From assembly GCA_023265365.1 (NCBI GenBank), contig JAHFTY010000001.1, positions 3,656 through 67,655 of the forward strand: a DNA stretch of 64,000 nt, read 5' to 3'. Made by a program: the position numbers and the translations under genes. Position 1 is the stretch's first letter. The number at the start of each line of letters is the position of its first letter. This document shows positions 42,914 to 56,393 of this stretch, piece by piece. The DNA is from Acidobacteriota bacterium. GTDB lineage: Bacteria; Acidobacteriota; Terriglobia; 20CM-2-55-15. Below the pieces are notes generated by a model. That model saw only the letters and a list, made by a program, of their open reading frames with translations, was not told the origin of the DNA and made no database searches.

Positions 42914-45656
42914 TCACGGTTTTCCTGACCAAAGGCAGTTCCAACTTGAACAGGGATCCCCGCGCAAGCTTACTTTCGACCGAGATATTTCCGCCATGCT
43001 CCTGCACGATGCCGTAGCTGACGGAAAGTCCCAATCCCGTCCCTTTGCCGACAGCCTTTGTCGTGAAGAAGGGATCGTAAATCTTCTTAATATTCTCGCG
43101 ACTGATGCCCGTTCCAGAATCCTGCACGGTCACTTCGAGCTTCCCATCGACCGACTCCGTTCGAATCCGAAGATCGCCACCCTCAGGCATCGCATCCCGG
43201 GCATTCATGAACAGGTTCATGAAAACCTGCTGGAGTTTGCCCGCATTGCCGAAAATGACCGGATGATCAGCAGCGAAGTCCACTGCCACCTGGATTTGAG
43301 CCCTCTTGAATTGGTGCTCCAGAAGAGACATCGTTTCGGTGATGACCTGGTGGATATCCACTTCAGCAAACTCGGTTGCCGTGGTTCGAGAGAAATTGAG
43401 AAGGTTGTTCACGATTTCCGAGGCGCGGAAGGTCTGCTTGGTGATCTTTTCGAGCAGTTTGTATCGGGAGTCCTCGGGTCCAATTTCCTTCCTTAACATC
43501 TGCGAGTAACTCGAAATCACCGCCAGCGGGGTGTTGACTTCATGCGCAACTCCAGCGGCAAGGAGTCCAATGGACGTGAGCTTTTCATTCTGAATTAACT
43601 GATCTTCAAGACGCACCCGGTCGGTAATGTTATCGATGATGATGAGCGTGCCTCGCGTGGCGCCGGACTTATCGACCAAAGACGTCGCTGAGAAATTGAC
43701 GGTCAACCCATTCCATTGCTGCTTATAGAGATGCCCGTTCTCCATAAGTCTCTGAAGGAATGGCGTGGGAATAACCTCGGTCGTCAATTTGCCGATCGTT
43801 TCGTACCGGCTCTGATCCGTGAGGTTCTCCAGAGCGCGGTTCCAACCCACGATCCGGCCGTCGACGTCGGCGACCACAACGCCAACGTTGATGGATTCGA
43901 TGATGTTCTCACTGAAGTCCTTAAGACTCTGATACTCGGCGGCACGATGCTCGAGGGATCGGTAGAGGCGCGCGTTTTCCAGTGCAATGCCGATGTAGTC
44001 GGAAACTGTTTCCAGGAGTTCGATATCTTCGCTCGTCAGATAATCGCCGTTCTCGGTTCGACCCAATCCGATGTACGCAATCACGCGATCCTTCACATGG
44101 CACGGAATAAAGTAGTTCAAATCGTTAATGTCGTGCTCGAAGAAAAGGTACTGCCGGTTGGAGCCTGAGCTGAGAAAAGAAAAGTCTGCTTCCGGACGCA
44201 CCTTCACTCCGTTCGAGCGGGCGAGCACGAATCGGGAAGGATCCGAGGGGTCTTCCAGAAATACCGCCGTTCGATTGACCAGCAAAGCACGGCCAAGCCT
44301 GTCCACGATGCGGTCCAGCATGTTTTCGAGATCCACTTCAGACCCTAACGTCCTGCCGAAATCGATTAACGTCTGCCTGACGTTGTAGCGATCTCGATAG
44401 AAAAACTTGTCGAGCCAGATTTGAAACTGGTCTTTGATCGGAGCAAACAACAAGGCCGCCACAATCGTTGCGACCAGACGAGTCACCGTCGTTCCCGCTT
44501 CGAATCCGGATCCCAGCAGTTCTCCCACAAGAACGACGAAAGTCACGTACAGACCCACGATCACGGCGCCGGCCAGCGTATAAACGACACCCCGCTTGAA
44601 GATGATGTCGACATCCATCAAGCGATACCGATGAATGGCATACCCAAAGGAAATCGGAATCAGGACGAGAGGGAAGATCGCGAAATCGGCGAAATGACTC
44701 GACGGCACGTTGCCAAACAAGCGCGGCAACGACTGCAGGGCAAAATAGGGGGCCACAGCCAGGGCTGTTCCCCGCGTGACCCACTTCATTTGCTGGCGCA
44801 ACTCGGGAGTGGTGACCGTTCGATAGGTCTGGATCAAAACACCCGCACTGACGAGAAAATAGAGTCCGAAATGAAAATCGTTCAGGCTCTCCAGGAAGTT
44901 CCGCAACACAAGCGGTGAAGGAATAAAACCGAGGACGCCGGTATTGAACGAGAGCCATGCCAAAAACAGGAAAACCGCCGGCATATAGATCAGGGGCAGA
45001 AGGCCCCGGCGCCGGATGACCCAACGCGCTTCCATCGGAAACTCGACGCAGAAATGCAAAAACAGCGGCGGCAACAATACCGTTGCTCCGAGATCAAACC
45101 AGAAGATCGTCCAATCGAAAGTGTTGAGCTTTCCCGTGTAATGGAAAACATAGAAAACAAAGGAGGTCAGACAGACGAAATAGAAATGCAACGCCAGCGG
45201 CGCGCGCGAGCGTTTTAGAAGGACAAACAAACCGACAAGGAAATAGAGCAGCCCGATGATCTCCAGGTACAGCCTCTGTTGCCTGATCCTGGTTGACGGT
45301 TCCTCAACGACAAAACTGATATCAAAGGGTTCCGAACCACTCCGTATCAAAGTATAAGTGGCCTTGCCCCAGAGGCCGACTTTATAGAGGATCTTCGTGA
45401 CGTGCCGGTCATCGGTGATCGTTTCGCTATTGATCGCCCTCAAAACATCGCCTCGCCGGATTCCCGCTCGGTCCGCCGGGCCGTCCCTTAAAACGAAAGT
45501 GGCTTGTACCCCACTCGATCCCTGAATCCAGGAAACACCGTCATCCGGCGCGACGAATTTCCGCTTCTGATCGACGTTGAGCCCGCCCAAGACCAGGACA
45601 AGCACCGTCAGCAGGGTGATTGCAACATGTCGGAATGAAAAATATTTTCGGGTCAT
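42906..45656 (-). CDS. Sensor histidine kinase (periplasmic PDZ-like domain, multi-TM, GAF/PAS, HisKA, HATPase)
   Basis: H-box AHEVNTPLAVI and ATPase motifs (DSGTGI, GTGLGLSVS). The PDZ-like stretch is GIRRGDVLRAIN. The start was moved to Met18 (MTRKYF), just before the first TM. It overlaps the downstream NtrC gene. Confidence 0.85.
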   Translation of the reverse strand: MTRKYFSFRHVAITLLTVLVLVLGGLNVDQKRKFVAPDDGVSWIQGSSGVQATFVLRDGPADRAGIRRGDVLRAINSETITDDRHVTKILYKVGLWGKATYTLIRSGSEPFDISFVVEEPSTRIRQQRLYLEIIGLLYFLVGLFVLLKRSRAPLALHFYFVCLTSFVFYVFHYTGKLNTFDWTIFWFDLGATVLLPPLFLHFCVEFPMEARWVIRRRGLLPLIYMPAVFLFLAWLSFNTGVLGFIPSPLVLRNFLESLNDFHFGLYFLVSAGVLIQTYRTVTTPELRQQMKWVTRGTALAVAPYFALQSLPRLFGNVPSSHFADFAIFPLVLIPISFGYAIHRYRLMDVDIIFKRGVVYTLAGAVIVGLYVTFVVLVGELLGSGFEAGTTVTRLVATIVAALLFAPIKDQFQIWLDKFFYRDRYNVRQTLIDFGRTLGSEVDLENMLDRIVDRLGRALLVNRTAVFLEDPSDPSRFVLARSNGVKVRPEADFSFLSSGSNRQYLFFEHDINDLNYFIPCHVKDRVIAYIGLGRTENGDYLTSEDIELLETVSDYIGIALENARLYRSLEHRAAEYQSLKDFSENIIESINVGVVVADVDGRIVGWNRALENLTDQSRYETIGKLTTEVIPTPFLQRLMENGHLYKQQWNGLTVNFSATSLVDKSGATRGTLIIIDNITDRVRLEDQLIQNEKLTSIGLLAAGVAHEVNTPLAVISSYSQMLRKEIGPEDSRYKLLEKITKQTFRASEIVNNLLNFSRTTATEFAEVDIHQVITETMSLLEHQFKRAQIQVAVDFAADHPVIFGNAGKLQQVFMNLFMNARDAMPEGGDLRIRTESVDGKLEVTVQDSGTGISRENIKKIYDPFFTTKAVGKGTGLGLSVSYGIVQEHGGNISVESKLARGSLFKLELPLVRKTVNV

Positions 45657-45806
45657 AAGTTCTTGGCGAGCTGAGTCGTCAGGACGACACTGCAACCCGT
45701 ATTCCAAAAATCATATTACAGAAACGGCTGGAGTTAGATTCAGGTTGGATCACGTTTATATGAAGAACTGGAAGAAACTACAATAAACAGGAGCTGACTA
45801 CCAAAC

Positions 45807-47441
45807 TCAGAATTTGATGCTGATGCCACCTTTGACCAGTCGGGGATACTGCGATACTTGCGTGGCCTTGGAACCATAGGAGTGTTCAAAGAGGTTACGG
45901 GCATCCAGAATCGCCTGCACCTTTCCGGGAAGAACTCGCCACGTTGGCAGGTTCTGGGCAACCGTGAGGCTGAGCGAAGGATCATTGAACTCGATTGTCT
46001 GCTGGTAGGGATCGAGACGGCTCGCTGAAAATGCCGACATCCATCGGTAAACAGCGGTGACCTCCGTCTGGGTTGTGTCGACATCGGCCTTGAAGCGCGC
46101 CGAAACGATATGGAACCGGTCGCGGATGAGGTGATTCTGTACATCACGAAAGTAACCGGACTTGCTGCCGTCGATGGCCAATCCGGTGGTCATCGTATAA
46201 CCCAGACCGGCCTGAAATCCGCTAAAGACTCGATTCATATGCAGCCGCACTCCCGAAGCAGGGAATTGACTGCTGTCAAGAAAGAGAACGCCTCGCCGTC
46301 CTTCCGGAGAAGAGACGAACAGCGCCTGCGTTTCGGTTCGATCCTGGAAATAGGCCGCCGTGAAGTCCGTGCTTTCGGAGAGCACACGGGACATGGCGAC
46401 TTCGGTGTGGGCATAGCGCTCAAGGGCGGGAGGAATATACGCCGCCCGATCGAAATAATCTTTGCCGCGTATCGGGTCATCCGGAGAACTCGGCGCCTGG
46501 GAGGTCGCCCCGACCGTCAACGTTGTCTTGTTTTCCGGGACCCATGACACCGCCAGGCGGGGACGCAAATAGTTTTGATCCGAAATCGCATCGGCGCGGC
46601 CCACTTCTGCCCCGTAGTTCAGCACCAGATGGTCGGACCATTGAAAATCCTCGCCGTACTCGAGTTGGATTTCCCGCATTCCCACACTGATCGCATCACC
46701 GACGAGGCTTCCCTGACGGACATTCAATCCGATTGCAGCGCGATGACGGTCCGCCGGCGTGAACTGGTATTTTGCGCCAAAGCCGCGAGGTTGCGTCGGA
46801 AGTTCGCTGTATAACCCGGCTAGTATCACTCGTGAATGGTTATCGAGCGGCATCGTGACGGAAAACTGGGATCCCACGCCTTCTTCAACACCCGAAGATG
46901 TCTCAACCGATTTCGAGTAGACCTGAACGTATCCAGTGTAGTCCTGTGGCTGAACATTGGCTGGTCGCTTCGCGTCCGTGTCGACAAGGTGGATCGGAGG
47001 CTGGGTTGACCGCGAACTGCGCATGGTCCAGAGCATATCGTCGGACTGGGCTTTGTCCCGCGAAACGGCCCGGCGCACGACGTCCCAGGCGTTCTGGAGG
47101 TTGACGGTCAGGATGGCATTTCCGCCGGCATTGATCTGTATACCGCTCTTGGTCGCAGGCAAGAATCGAGGCATCGTGACTTTGACGGAATACTCGCCGG
47201 CAAAAAGATTCGGAATGGAGAAGCCGCCCCGTTTGTCTGTGAATGCCATGCGTTCAGGCATGGAGGGATTCGACGCGGCCACGATAACGAGGGCCCCCAC
47301 CACCGGAATTCCTGCGGAATCACGCACGCTGCCCGTGATGGCGGCAAAACTTCCAGATGCCTGGCCGATGAGGGGAAGCACAAGGATTGCGGCAATGCCG
47401 ATCGCAACCGTTACCCACGTCCTGCGCTCTGCTGGCAACAT
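45807..47441 (-). CDS. Outer membrane beta-barrel protein with N-terminal carboxypeptidase-regulatory-like domain (TonB-receptor-like, plug-less)
   Basis: Signal peptide, a CarbopepD_reg-like N-terminal domain (ITGSVRDSAGIPVVGALV), beta-rich body, and a C-terminal ...GGISIKF ending in Phe. Confidence 0.65.
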   Translation of the reverse strand: MLPAERRTWVTVAIGIAAILVLPLIGQASGSFAAITGSVRDSAGIPVVGALVIVAASNPSMPERMAFTDKRGGFSIPNLFAGEYSVKVTMPRFLPATKSGIQINAGGNAILTVNLQNAWDVVRRAVSRDKAQSDDMLWTMRSSRSTQPPIHLVDTDAKRPANVQPQDYTGYVQVYSKSVETSSGVEEGVGSQFSVTMPLDNHSRVILAGLYSELPTQPRGFGAKYQFTPADRHRAAIGLNVRQGSLVGDAISVGMREIQLEYGEDFQWSDHLVLNYGAEVGRADAISDQNYLRPRLAVSWVPENKTTLTVGATSQAPSSPDDPIRGKDYFDRAAYIPPALERYAHTEVAMSRVLSESTDFTAAYFQDRTETQALFVSSPEGRRGVLFLDSSQFPASGVRLHMNRVFSGFQAGLGYTMTTGLAIDGSKSGYFRDVQNHLIRDRFHIVSARFKADVDTTQTEVTAVYRWMSAFSASRLDPYQQTIEFNDPSLSLTVAQNLPTWRVLPGKVQAILDARNLFEHSYGSKATQVSQYPRLVKGGISIKF

Positions 47442-47463
47442 GACTAGCTCTCCTTCGTCAACG

Positions 47464-49080
47464 TCACCGTACCTTGAATGCGGTCTTCCCCGGTGAAGTG
47501 ATGACTTCCTTGGTCAAGTTGTCGGTGACCTTGACTTGAACAGAGTAATCACCCGGTTCGAACTCCTTAAGGGACACACTTTTCATCAACGTCATCTGCT
47601 GGGCTGCACCCGATAACTCCGTCGCGTTGTCGACTAGTTTTTTGATTTCCTTGCCGTTCCGGGTGATCAGCGTCTCGACCGTTGCTGAGGGTTTGTGCGT
47701 CGCTTCGTCCACCTTGAGGCTGTACACCTGCAGCCAGAAGTTCAGGTTCTGGTCACGGCGATATTCCGATTTCACGCTTGGGACGACTTTTGCTCCGCCG
47801 AGGATGAACTGACCGGTGGCCACCTGACGCGGCGGAACATTCTCAATCCGATCGGCGAGTATCAGAGAACTGGTTGCGAGTTTCTCATCCGGAATGCGTG
47901 GAACCGTAAAGCCGCGGCTTTCCGTTCCCACGTTGCCGCTGTTGATGTCCTTGACAACCAGTTCGAGCTTGTACAATCCCGGACGCAAAGGAACGGTTTT
48001 TTGATAGACGGCCGTGGTGTCGAGCGCACGCTGGAATTCGGCCGCAGGAAAGGCCTTTTCAATCGTTTCTTCAAACTGTTGCGCCATCCGGCCGTTCACA
48101 CCGGTAATTCTGGCGAACACGTGCGCCTGTGCCTTGTGGATGCCTTCCTGCTCCTGGAACGCGAGATCCTTATAGGGAATCTGAAGCGTGATCGGCGTCA
48201 GGACCGTTTCTTCGGTGACCCGAACAAAATCCATCCTCATCGCGAACGGAAGCAGGTTGAATGAAAGTTTCGTCGTGATGATCGCTTCCAGGTCTTTGAA
48301 TTTGACCTCGGGTGGCTTGAACGCTTTCGCAAACAGCTCCAGGCGATCGAATTGCCGGCCTTGCATGAATGGATCGTTTGTTCCCAGCCTCGTACCATCG
48401 GTCCGTGAGAAACGGCCCGACTTGTCTCCGCCGTTGTTCTCTTCGTCCAGCGTCAGCCCTGCTCCTGGAACATTCATGAGGGCGTCCTTTTCGCTGGGAT
48501 CAATCGTCATTCGATACTCGCCGCTGAGGCTTGGATCGACGAACTCCATTTCGACGTTGTTGCCAATACCTTCGATGTACCGGTACGTCCATTTCTCGAA
48601 CGGATACGTGTTCGTCGTGCCACCGCCTTCTTCGAAAGGCCGCTCATAGGATCCGCCCGATGGATGAGACTCAATTTCGTCCGCTTTGCCATGGATGATG
48701 TAGATGCGGCCCCGATCCGTTTTCCATCCGGGTTTTCCGGATGCGAACCGCTCATTCGCGTACGCAATACGCTCGTAGTGCTCTTCTTTGGTTTCGTTTT
48801 CGATCGTGTCCGGCGTTGGATCGCGCCGAAGCCAGAACGCTTCAATGAACTGCTCGCGTTCCTCATCCGTGGATAGCTTTTTGAATGCGGCTTTCTCTTC
48901 ATCGCTGATGATGTACGCCACGTCCTCATCAAGCCACTTCTTGAGAGCCCGATTCATTTCCTTGTCTTTGGATTTGTTGGTTTCGGGGCCTCGTATCGTG
49001 TTTTTTTGTTGTGCGCCAACAGCGAGCGCCGAAAGCAACAGAAGACAAAGGAGGGTTAAGAAAATCCCTCTTCGGTTCAT
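47464..49080 (-). CDS. GWxTD domain-containing secreted protein
   Basis: Signal peptide MNRRGIFLTLLCLLLLSALAVGAQQ. The GWKTDRGRIYIIHG motif matches GWxTD. The start was moved to Met8. Confidence 0.7.
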   Translation of the reverse strand: MNRRGIFLTLLCLLLLSALAVGAQQKNTIRGPETNKSKDKEMNRALKKWLDEDVAYIISDEEKAAFKKLSTDEEREQFIEAFWLRRDPTPDTIENETKEEHYERIAYANERFASGKPGWKTDRGRIYIIHGKADEIESHPSGGSYERPFEEGGGTTNTYPFEKWTYRYIEGIGNNVEMEFVDPSLSGEYRMTIDPSEKDALMNVPGAGLTLDEENNGGDKSGRFSRTDGTRLGTNDPFMQGRQFDRLELFAKAFKPPEVKFKDLEAIITTKLSFNLLPFAMRMDFVRVTEETVLTPITLQIPYKDLAFQEQEGIHKAQAHVFARITGVNGRMAQQFEETIEKAFPAAEFQRALDTTAVYQKTVPLRPGLYKLELVVKDINSGNVGTESRGFTVPRIPDEKLATSSLILADRIENVPPRQVATGQFILGGAKVVPSVKSEYRRDQNLNFWLQVYSLKVDEATHKPSATVETLITRNGKEIKKLVDNATELSGAAQQMTLMKSVSLKEFEPGDYSVQVKVTDNLTKEVITSPGKTAFKVR

Positions 49081-49241
49081 AGGACACCTCGGGGTATACA
49101 CAGTAAGTATTAACGACCAAGGATCATAACATTAGCTTGGTCCTGGGCCAACAGCGTAATGGGCCGGGCGGTTCACTTGGTCCAGCCGCTCGGTTTGCTC
49201 TAAAATACTTTCTTTTTAGTACTTAGGAGAATTCTGAACAC

Positions 49242-50528
49242 ATGTTGGATCTGGCTTATCTGCGCGAAAACCTCGAAGAAGCCCGCCAGCGTCTCTCCCA
49301 TCGCGGCTTTGTACTCGACGTTGAGACGTTCAGGCGTTTGGATAGTGAGCGGAAAAACCTGATTCACGAAGGGGAACGCCTGAAACAGCTTCGCAATACT
49401 TCATCGGAAGAAATCGCCCGGCTCATCAAAGAGAAGGTCGATGTCACCGAAAAAAGAAACGAGATGAAGGCTGTCGGGCAAAGGATCAAGGAAATCGACG
49501 AGACGCTTGGTACTCTCGAGGAAGAGATTTATCGCTTTGCTTCCATCATTCCCAACCTCCCGGACACCGATGTCCCGATCGGGCTTACGGAGGACCAGAA
49601 CGTCGAAGTTCGACGATTCGGACAACCTCCGGCTTTCGACTTCGAGCCAAAAGCCCATTGGGATCTGTGCCCGGCACTGGGCATCCTGGACCTGGAGCGC
49701 GCCACCAAGATCACCGGTTCCCGCTTTCCTTTGCTTGCGGGCGCAGGGGCCCGCCTCGAACGTGCCCTGATCAATTTCATGCTGGACGTTCATACCAAGG
49801 AGCACGGCTATTCGGAAGTCGTGCCGCCGTTCATGGCAAATTCCAGGAGCCTGTTCGGAACGAGCAACCTGCCAAAATTCGAGGAAGATCTTTTCAAGGT
49901 GAAGGACACGGACTATTACCTGATTCCCACAGCCGAAGTTCCGGTGACCAACATCTATCGCGACGACATCCTCGAAGACGACCGTCTACCGGTGAAATTC
50001 ACCGCCTGCACGCCGTGTTTTCGCAGTGAGGCCGGGTCTTACGGTAAAGACGTCCGCGGAGTTTTTCGGCAGCATCAATTCAACAAAGTGGAGCTGGTCA
50101 AATTCACACGCCCCGAAGATTCACCGCTGGAGCTCGAATCCCTCGTTAAGGACGCCGAAGAGGTTCTGAAACGGCTGCGACTCCCATACCGAGTCGTGAT
50201 CCATGCCACAGGTGATGCCGGATTCGCGGCCGCAAAAAGCTATGACATCGAGGTGTGGCTGCCCGGACAGAACGCCTATCGCGAAATCTCCTCCTGCAGC
50301 AACTTTCGCGACTTTCAGGCCCGCCGCGCCAACATCCGATACCGGCCCTCGGGTGGCGGCAAAGTGCGGCTGGTTCACACGCTGAATGGCTCCGGCCTAG
50401 CTGTTGGCCGCACATGGATCGCAATCGTCGAAAACTACCAGCAAAAAGACGGTACCGTTGTCATCCCGGACGTTCTGCGGCCGTATTTAAACGGCATGAC
50501 AGTAATCAAACCTCAAAAAGTAATCTGA
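49242..50528 (+). CDS. serS: Seryl-tRNA synthetase
   Basis: N-terminal coiled-coil arm and class II motifs ([34 protein letters not shown]). Confidence 0.92.
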   Translation: MLDLAYLRENLEEARQRLSHRGFVLDVETFRRLDSERKNLIHEGERLKQLRNTSSEEIARLIKEKVDVTEKRNEMKAVGQRIKEIDETLGTLEEEIYRFASIIPNLPDTDVPIGLTEDQNVEVRRFGQPPAFDFEPKAHWDLCPALGILDLERATKITGSRFPLLAGAGARLERALINFMLDVHTKEHGYSEVVPPFMANSRSLFGTSNLPKFEEDLFKVKDTDYYLIPTAEVPVTNIYRDDILEDDRLPVKFTACTPCFRSEAGSYGKDVRGVFRQHQFNKVELVKFTRPEDSPLELESLVKDAEEVLKRLRLPYRVVIHATGDAGFAAAKSYDIEVWLPGQNAYREISSCSNFRDFQARRANIRYRPSGGGKVRLVHTLNGSGLAVGRTWIAIVENYQQKDGTVVIPDVLRPYLNGMTVIKPQKVI

Positions 50529-50945
50529 TGACGAGGACTCGATCATATCGATTCGTGCTTGCCGGATCCGCGCTATGGTGCCTGACGATCATCGGCGCCC
50601 CACTGTTTTCCGCGCAGCCGATTTATGAGTTGTTTTCACGAATTTGCCATCAGATCCCGGAAAGATCGTGGCATCTCTTCGGCGCTCAGCTGCCGGTGTG
50701 CATCCGATGCACTGCCATCTACGCCGGATTCCTCTTCGGCACTTTGATGATCCGCCGGCCGAACCTGATTTTTCTGAAGCTCGCGGCTACGACGACGCTC
50801 GTTCAGTTCCTGATCGAGATCGCTGTGGTGGATTACTCGTGGCCGCGGGCTGTAACGGGACTGGCGCTTGGTTTCGCCGTAGCCCCATTCGTCGTCCAGG
50901 GCTTCGGAGAGATGCTGGAAAAGAGGCTGACCAGATCCAGCGAGG

Positions 50946-50965
<20 letters not shown>
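50528..50965 (+). CDS. DUF2085-like membrane protein
   Basis: ATG overlaps the serS stop (TGATG). Four predicted TMs with a C..C / C..C context (CHQIPERSWHLFGAQLPVCIRC). The start was moved to Met92 of the track ORF. Confidence 0.5.
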
Positions 50966-53227
<2,262 letters not shown>

Positions 53228-53241
53228 TTATCCTCCAAGAA

Positions 53242-53268
53242 TTAGCACTCGAAATAGATGAGTGCCAA
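53242..53268 (-). promoter_or_regulatory. CIRCE operator (HrcA binding site) in groEL 5' leader
   Basis: The sequence TTAGCACTC-N9-GAGTGCCAA has 1 mismatch to the TTAGCACTC-N9-GAGTGCTAA consensus. It lies 21 nt upstream of the groEL start, just downstream of a putative -10. Confidence 0.8.
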
Positions 53269-53297
53269 TAATAGCGGAACATCCGCAACGGGATCAA
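53268..53297 (-). promoter_or_regulatory. Putative sigma-A promoter of groEL (-35 TTGATC, 18-nt spacer, -10 TATTAT)
   Basis: Read on the minus strand. The -10 abuts the CIRCE element, and the promoter lies immediately after the clpB stop. Confidence 0.45.
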
Positions 53298-53304
53298 GAG
53301 TGGA

Positions 53305-55875
53305 TCAGGAGGCGATCGCGGGCGCGGCGTGGAACGCGAGCTCACCTCGGCTATCCACGTCGGCCACAATGTGTTCTCCCGGCTGGATATCGCCATTGAG
53401 AATCTTCAGCGCAAGCGGATCAGCAAGCATCCTTTGGATCGCTCGCTTCAGAGGCCGCGCGCCAAATGACGGATCGTAGCCCTCTTTGAACAAGGCCTCC
53501 CGGGCTTGGGGCGAAAGCTCCAGCGTCATCTTCCGATCTGCAAGATGGCGTCGCAGAACCTCGAGTTGGATATCGATGATTTTGGCAATGTGTTCTTTGC
53601 CCAGGCTCTTGAAGATGATGATGTCGTCAATGCGATTCAGGAATTCGGGTTTGAAATGAGCGCGCAACTCTTCGCGAATTTTCTCCGGCGACATTCCCAC
53701 GCCAACGTTTGAGGTCATGATGAGCACGGTATTCTTGAAATCAACGGTACGGCCTTTCCCATCGGTCAGCCGGCCGTCCTCGAAGACCTGGAGCATGATG
53801 TTCCAGACGTCGGGGTGCGCCTTCTCCACTTCATCGAGCAGCACAACCGAATAAGGCCGTCGCCGCACCGCCTCGGTAAGGTATCCTCCTTCGTCGTAAC
53901 CCACGTATCCCGGAGGGGCTCCGATCATTCGCGACACGGAGTGCTTCTCCATGTATTCAGACATGTCTACTCTCACAATCGCACGCTCATCGTCGAAGAG
54001 GAACTCCGCCAGGGCTCGCGCGGTTTCTGTCTTGCCCACACCCGTTGGGCCGAGAAACATGAATACGCCTATCGGACGGTTCGTATCCTGCAAGCCGGCA
54101 CGGGAACGGCGAATCGCATTGGCAACGGCCTTCAACGGCTCTTCCTGGCCCACAACCCTCCGGCTCAGCAGTTCTTCCATGCGAACGAGTTTCTGGACTT
54201 CGCTTTCGAGCATCTTTGTAACGGGAATGCCCGTCCATTTCGCAACGATGCGGGCCACGTCCTCTTCGTCGACCTGCTCCTTGAGCATCCGTTCGTTCTG
54301 CTGGAACTCCTCAAGCCTTGCGTTTGCGGCTTTCAACTGACGATCCAGTTCCTGCAGCTTTCCGTATCGAATCTCCGCGACACGGGCGTAGTTCCCCTCG
54401 CGTTCGGCCTTCACCTCTTCGATGTGTGTTTGTTCGATTTGCTCCTTCAGCGAACGAATGCTCTGAATGGTCTCCTTCTCGCGCTGCCACCGAAGTTTCA
54501 TCTGCGTCGACTGCTCACGAAGCTCTCCAAGTTGCTTCTCGATCTGCTTCAGGCGGTCACGTGAGGCGGGGTCGTCTTCCTTGCTCAGGGCCTGGCGCTC
54601 GATCTCCAGTTGGATCACCTGCCGTTCGATCGTATCGATTTCAACGGGCAGGGAATCGATTTCCATCCGCAGGCTGGCTGCCGCCTCATCGATCAGGTCG
54701 ATGGCCTTGTCCGGGAGAAAGCGATCCGTGATGTACCGGTGTGAAAGCATCGCAGCGGCGACAATCGACGTATCCTTGATTTTGACGCCGTGGTGGACCT
54801 CGTATCGCTCCTTCAATCCCCGAAGAATGGCGATCGTGTCTTCAACGGTCGGCTCTCCCACCAGTGTCTTCTGGAATCGGCGTTCGAGCGCTTTGTCCTT
54901 TTCGATGTACTTCTGGTATTCATTCAGCGTTGTCGCACCGATACAACGCAAATCCCCTCGCGCCAGTGCGGGCTTAAGCATATTGGAGGCGTCCATCGAA
55001 CCTTCCGCGCCTCCGGCGCCGACAAGAGTGTGAAGCTCGTCGATAAACAGGACGATATCGCCGCCGGATTCTTCGATTTCCTTCAGGACGGCCTTGAGAC
55101 GATCCTCGAATTCGCCGCGGTATTTGGTTCCAGCGACCATTGCTCCAAGATCGAGAGCGACGATACGCTTGTGCTTCAGGGACTCGGGCACATCTCCAGC
55201 GACAATGCGTTGAGCCAGGCCTTCGACGATGGCCGTTTTACCGACACCCGGCTCGCCGATCAAAACGGGGTTGTTCTTGGTTCGACGTGACAGGATCTGG
55301 ATGACTCGGCGGACCTCCTCATCACGTCCAATAACCGGATCCAACTTGCCTTTGCGGGCGAGCTGGGTCAGGTCGCGCGAGTATCGTTGAAGCGCCTGAT
55401 ACTTCTCTTCGGGATTCTGATCCGTAATCTTCTGACGTCCCCGGATCGTCACGAGCACCTTCAGGACGGCGTCCTTGGTAATGCCATGCGATTTGAGAAT
55501 GCGCCCCGCTTCCTCACCCTTCGCGTCGGCGAGCGCGATCAACAGATGTTCCGTGCTGACATATTCATCTTTGAACTGATCGGCTTCTTTGAATGAGCTC
55601 TCTATAGTCCTGGAGAGCGTGGGACTCAGATACAGTTCGGCTTCGCCATGGACCTTGGGAAGCTTGCCCACCGCCGCTGCGAGATCTCGGGCGATCGTCT
55701 GCAGATTCACGCCGAGCTTTTGTAGGATGGGGAGGACCACGCCATCCTTCTGTTGAATCAGCGCCACCAGCAAATGCTCCGGATTCACCTGGGGATTGCT
55801 CATCTCCCTGGCATGGGCCTGAGCTGCCTGAAGCGCTTCCTGACTCTTCAAAGTGAACTTGTCGTAACGGATCAT
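53305..55875 (-). CDS. clpB: ATP-dependent chaperone ClpB
   Basis: Two AAA+ modules ([16 protein letters not shown]) with a long coiled-coil M-domain between them. 856 aa. Confidence 0.92.
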   Translation of the reverse strand: MIRYDKFTLKSQEALQAAQAHAREMSNPQVNPEHLLVALIQQKDGVVLPILQKLGVNLQTIARDLAAAVGKLPKVHGEAELYLSPTLSRTIESSFKEADQFKDEYVSTEHLLIALADAKGEEAGRILKSHGITKDAVLKVLVTIRGRQKITDQNPEEKYQALQRYSRDLTQLARKGKLDPVIGRDEEVRRVIQILSRRTKNNPVLIGEPGVGKTAIVEGLAQRIVAGDVPESLKHKRIVALDLGAMVAGTKYRGEFEDRLKAVLKEIEESGGDIVLFIDELHTLVGAGGAEGSMDASNMLKPALARGDLRCIGATTLNEYQKYIEKDKALERRFQKTLVGEPTVEDTIAILRGLKERYEVHHGVKIKDTSIVAAAMLSHRYITDRFLPDKAIDLIDEAAASLRMEIDSLPVEIDTIERQVIQLEIERQALSKEDDPASRDRLKQIEKQLGELREQSTQMKLRWQREKETIQSIRSLKEQIEQTHIEEVKAEREGNYARVAEIRYGKLQELDRQLKAANARLEEFQQNERMLKEQVDEEDVARIVAKWTGIPVTKMLESEVQKLVRMEELLSRRVVGQEEPLKAVANAIRRSRAGLQDTNRPIGVFMFLGPTGVGKTETARALAEFLFDDERAIVRVDMSEYMEKHSVSRMIGAPPGYVGYDEGGYLTEAVRRRPYSVVLLDEVEKAHPDVWNIMLQVFEDGRLTDGKGRTVDFKNTVLIMTSNVGVGMSPEKIREELRAHFKPEFLNRIDDIIIFKSLGKEHIAKIIDIQLEVLRRHLADRKMTLELSPQAREALFKEGYDPSFGARPLKRAIQRMLADPLALKILNGDIQPGEHIVADVDSRGELAFHAAPAIAS

Positions 55876-55890
55876 CGCGCTGTCACCTCT

Positions 55891-56334
55891 CTACTCAGCG
55901 ATCCGAATCTGCTTGGGCTTGACCTGCTCTTTTTTCGGCAACGCGATCTTCAGCACTCCATCGCAATATTCGGCTCGTATCTTCTCTTCGTCGACCGTTC
56001 CCGGAATCGAAAACGCACGGCTGAAACCACCATAAGCACGTTCAATTCGATGGTAGTTCTCTTCCTTGGTTTCCTTCTCGAAACGCCGCTCGCCCTTGAG
56101 CGTCAAGACGTTGTTTTCCAAATGAAGCGATATATCCTTACGATCGACGCCCGGCAGCTCCGCTTTTACAACAATCTCGTCCTGCGTCTCAAAGATGTCG
56201 ACCGCCGGACTCCATGTCGTCGTCGCTGACGGTTCGTCGCCTTTCCAACCCCGTCCGGCATCCTCAAAGAGGCGGTTCATCCGTTCCTGCAAAACGCTTA
56301 AGTCTCGGAATGGGTCCCATCGGCTGATCGTCAT
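55891..56334 (-). CDS. Hsp20/alpha-crystallin family small heat-shock protein
   Basis: Alpha-crystallin domain (PAVDIFETQDEIVVKAELPGV...GVLKIALPK). The start was moved to Met9, which has a GGAGG RBS and an upstream TTGACA-17-TATGCT promoter. Confidence 0.85.
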   Translation of the reverse strand: MTISRWDPFRDLSVLQERMNRLFEDAGRGWKGDEPSATTTWSPAVDIFETQDEIVVKAELPGVDRKDISLHLENNVLTLKGERRFEKETKEENYHRIERAYGGFSRAFSIPGTVDEEKIRAEYCDGVLKIALPKKEQVKPKQIRIAE

Positions 56335-56364
56335 GTCAGTGCCTCCAATATTGAGCATGAAAGA

Positions 56365-56393
56365 AGCATATGATCTGAGTATTATCCTGTCAA
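56365..56393 (-). promoter_or_regulatory. Putative sigma-70-type promoter for hsp20-clpB (TTGACA-17-TATGCT)
   Basis: Reads on the minus strand as gcagTTGACAggataatactcagatcaTATGCT, located inside the 3' end of rlmI. The predicted +1 is ~24 nt before the hsp20 ATG. Confidence 0.4.

Noticed and set aside
45657-45806. Possible sigma-54 (-24 GG / -12 GC) promoter in the AT-richer spacer upstream of the PDZ histidine kinase
   Set aside because: The only TTGGCG-like element lacks a correctly spaced GC dinucleotide. No TGGCAC-N5-TTGCW match is seen on either strand.
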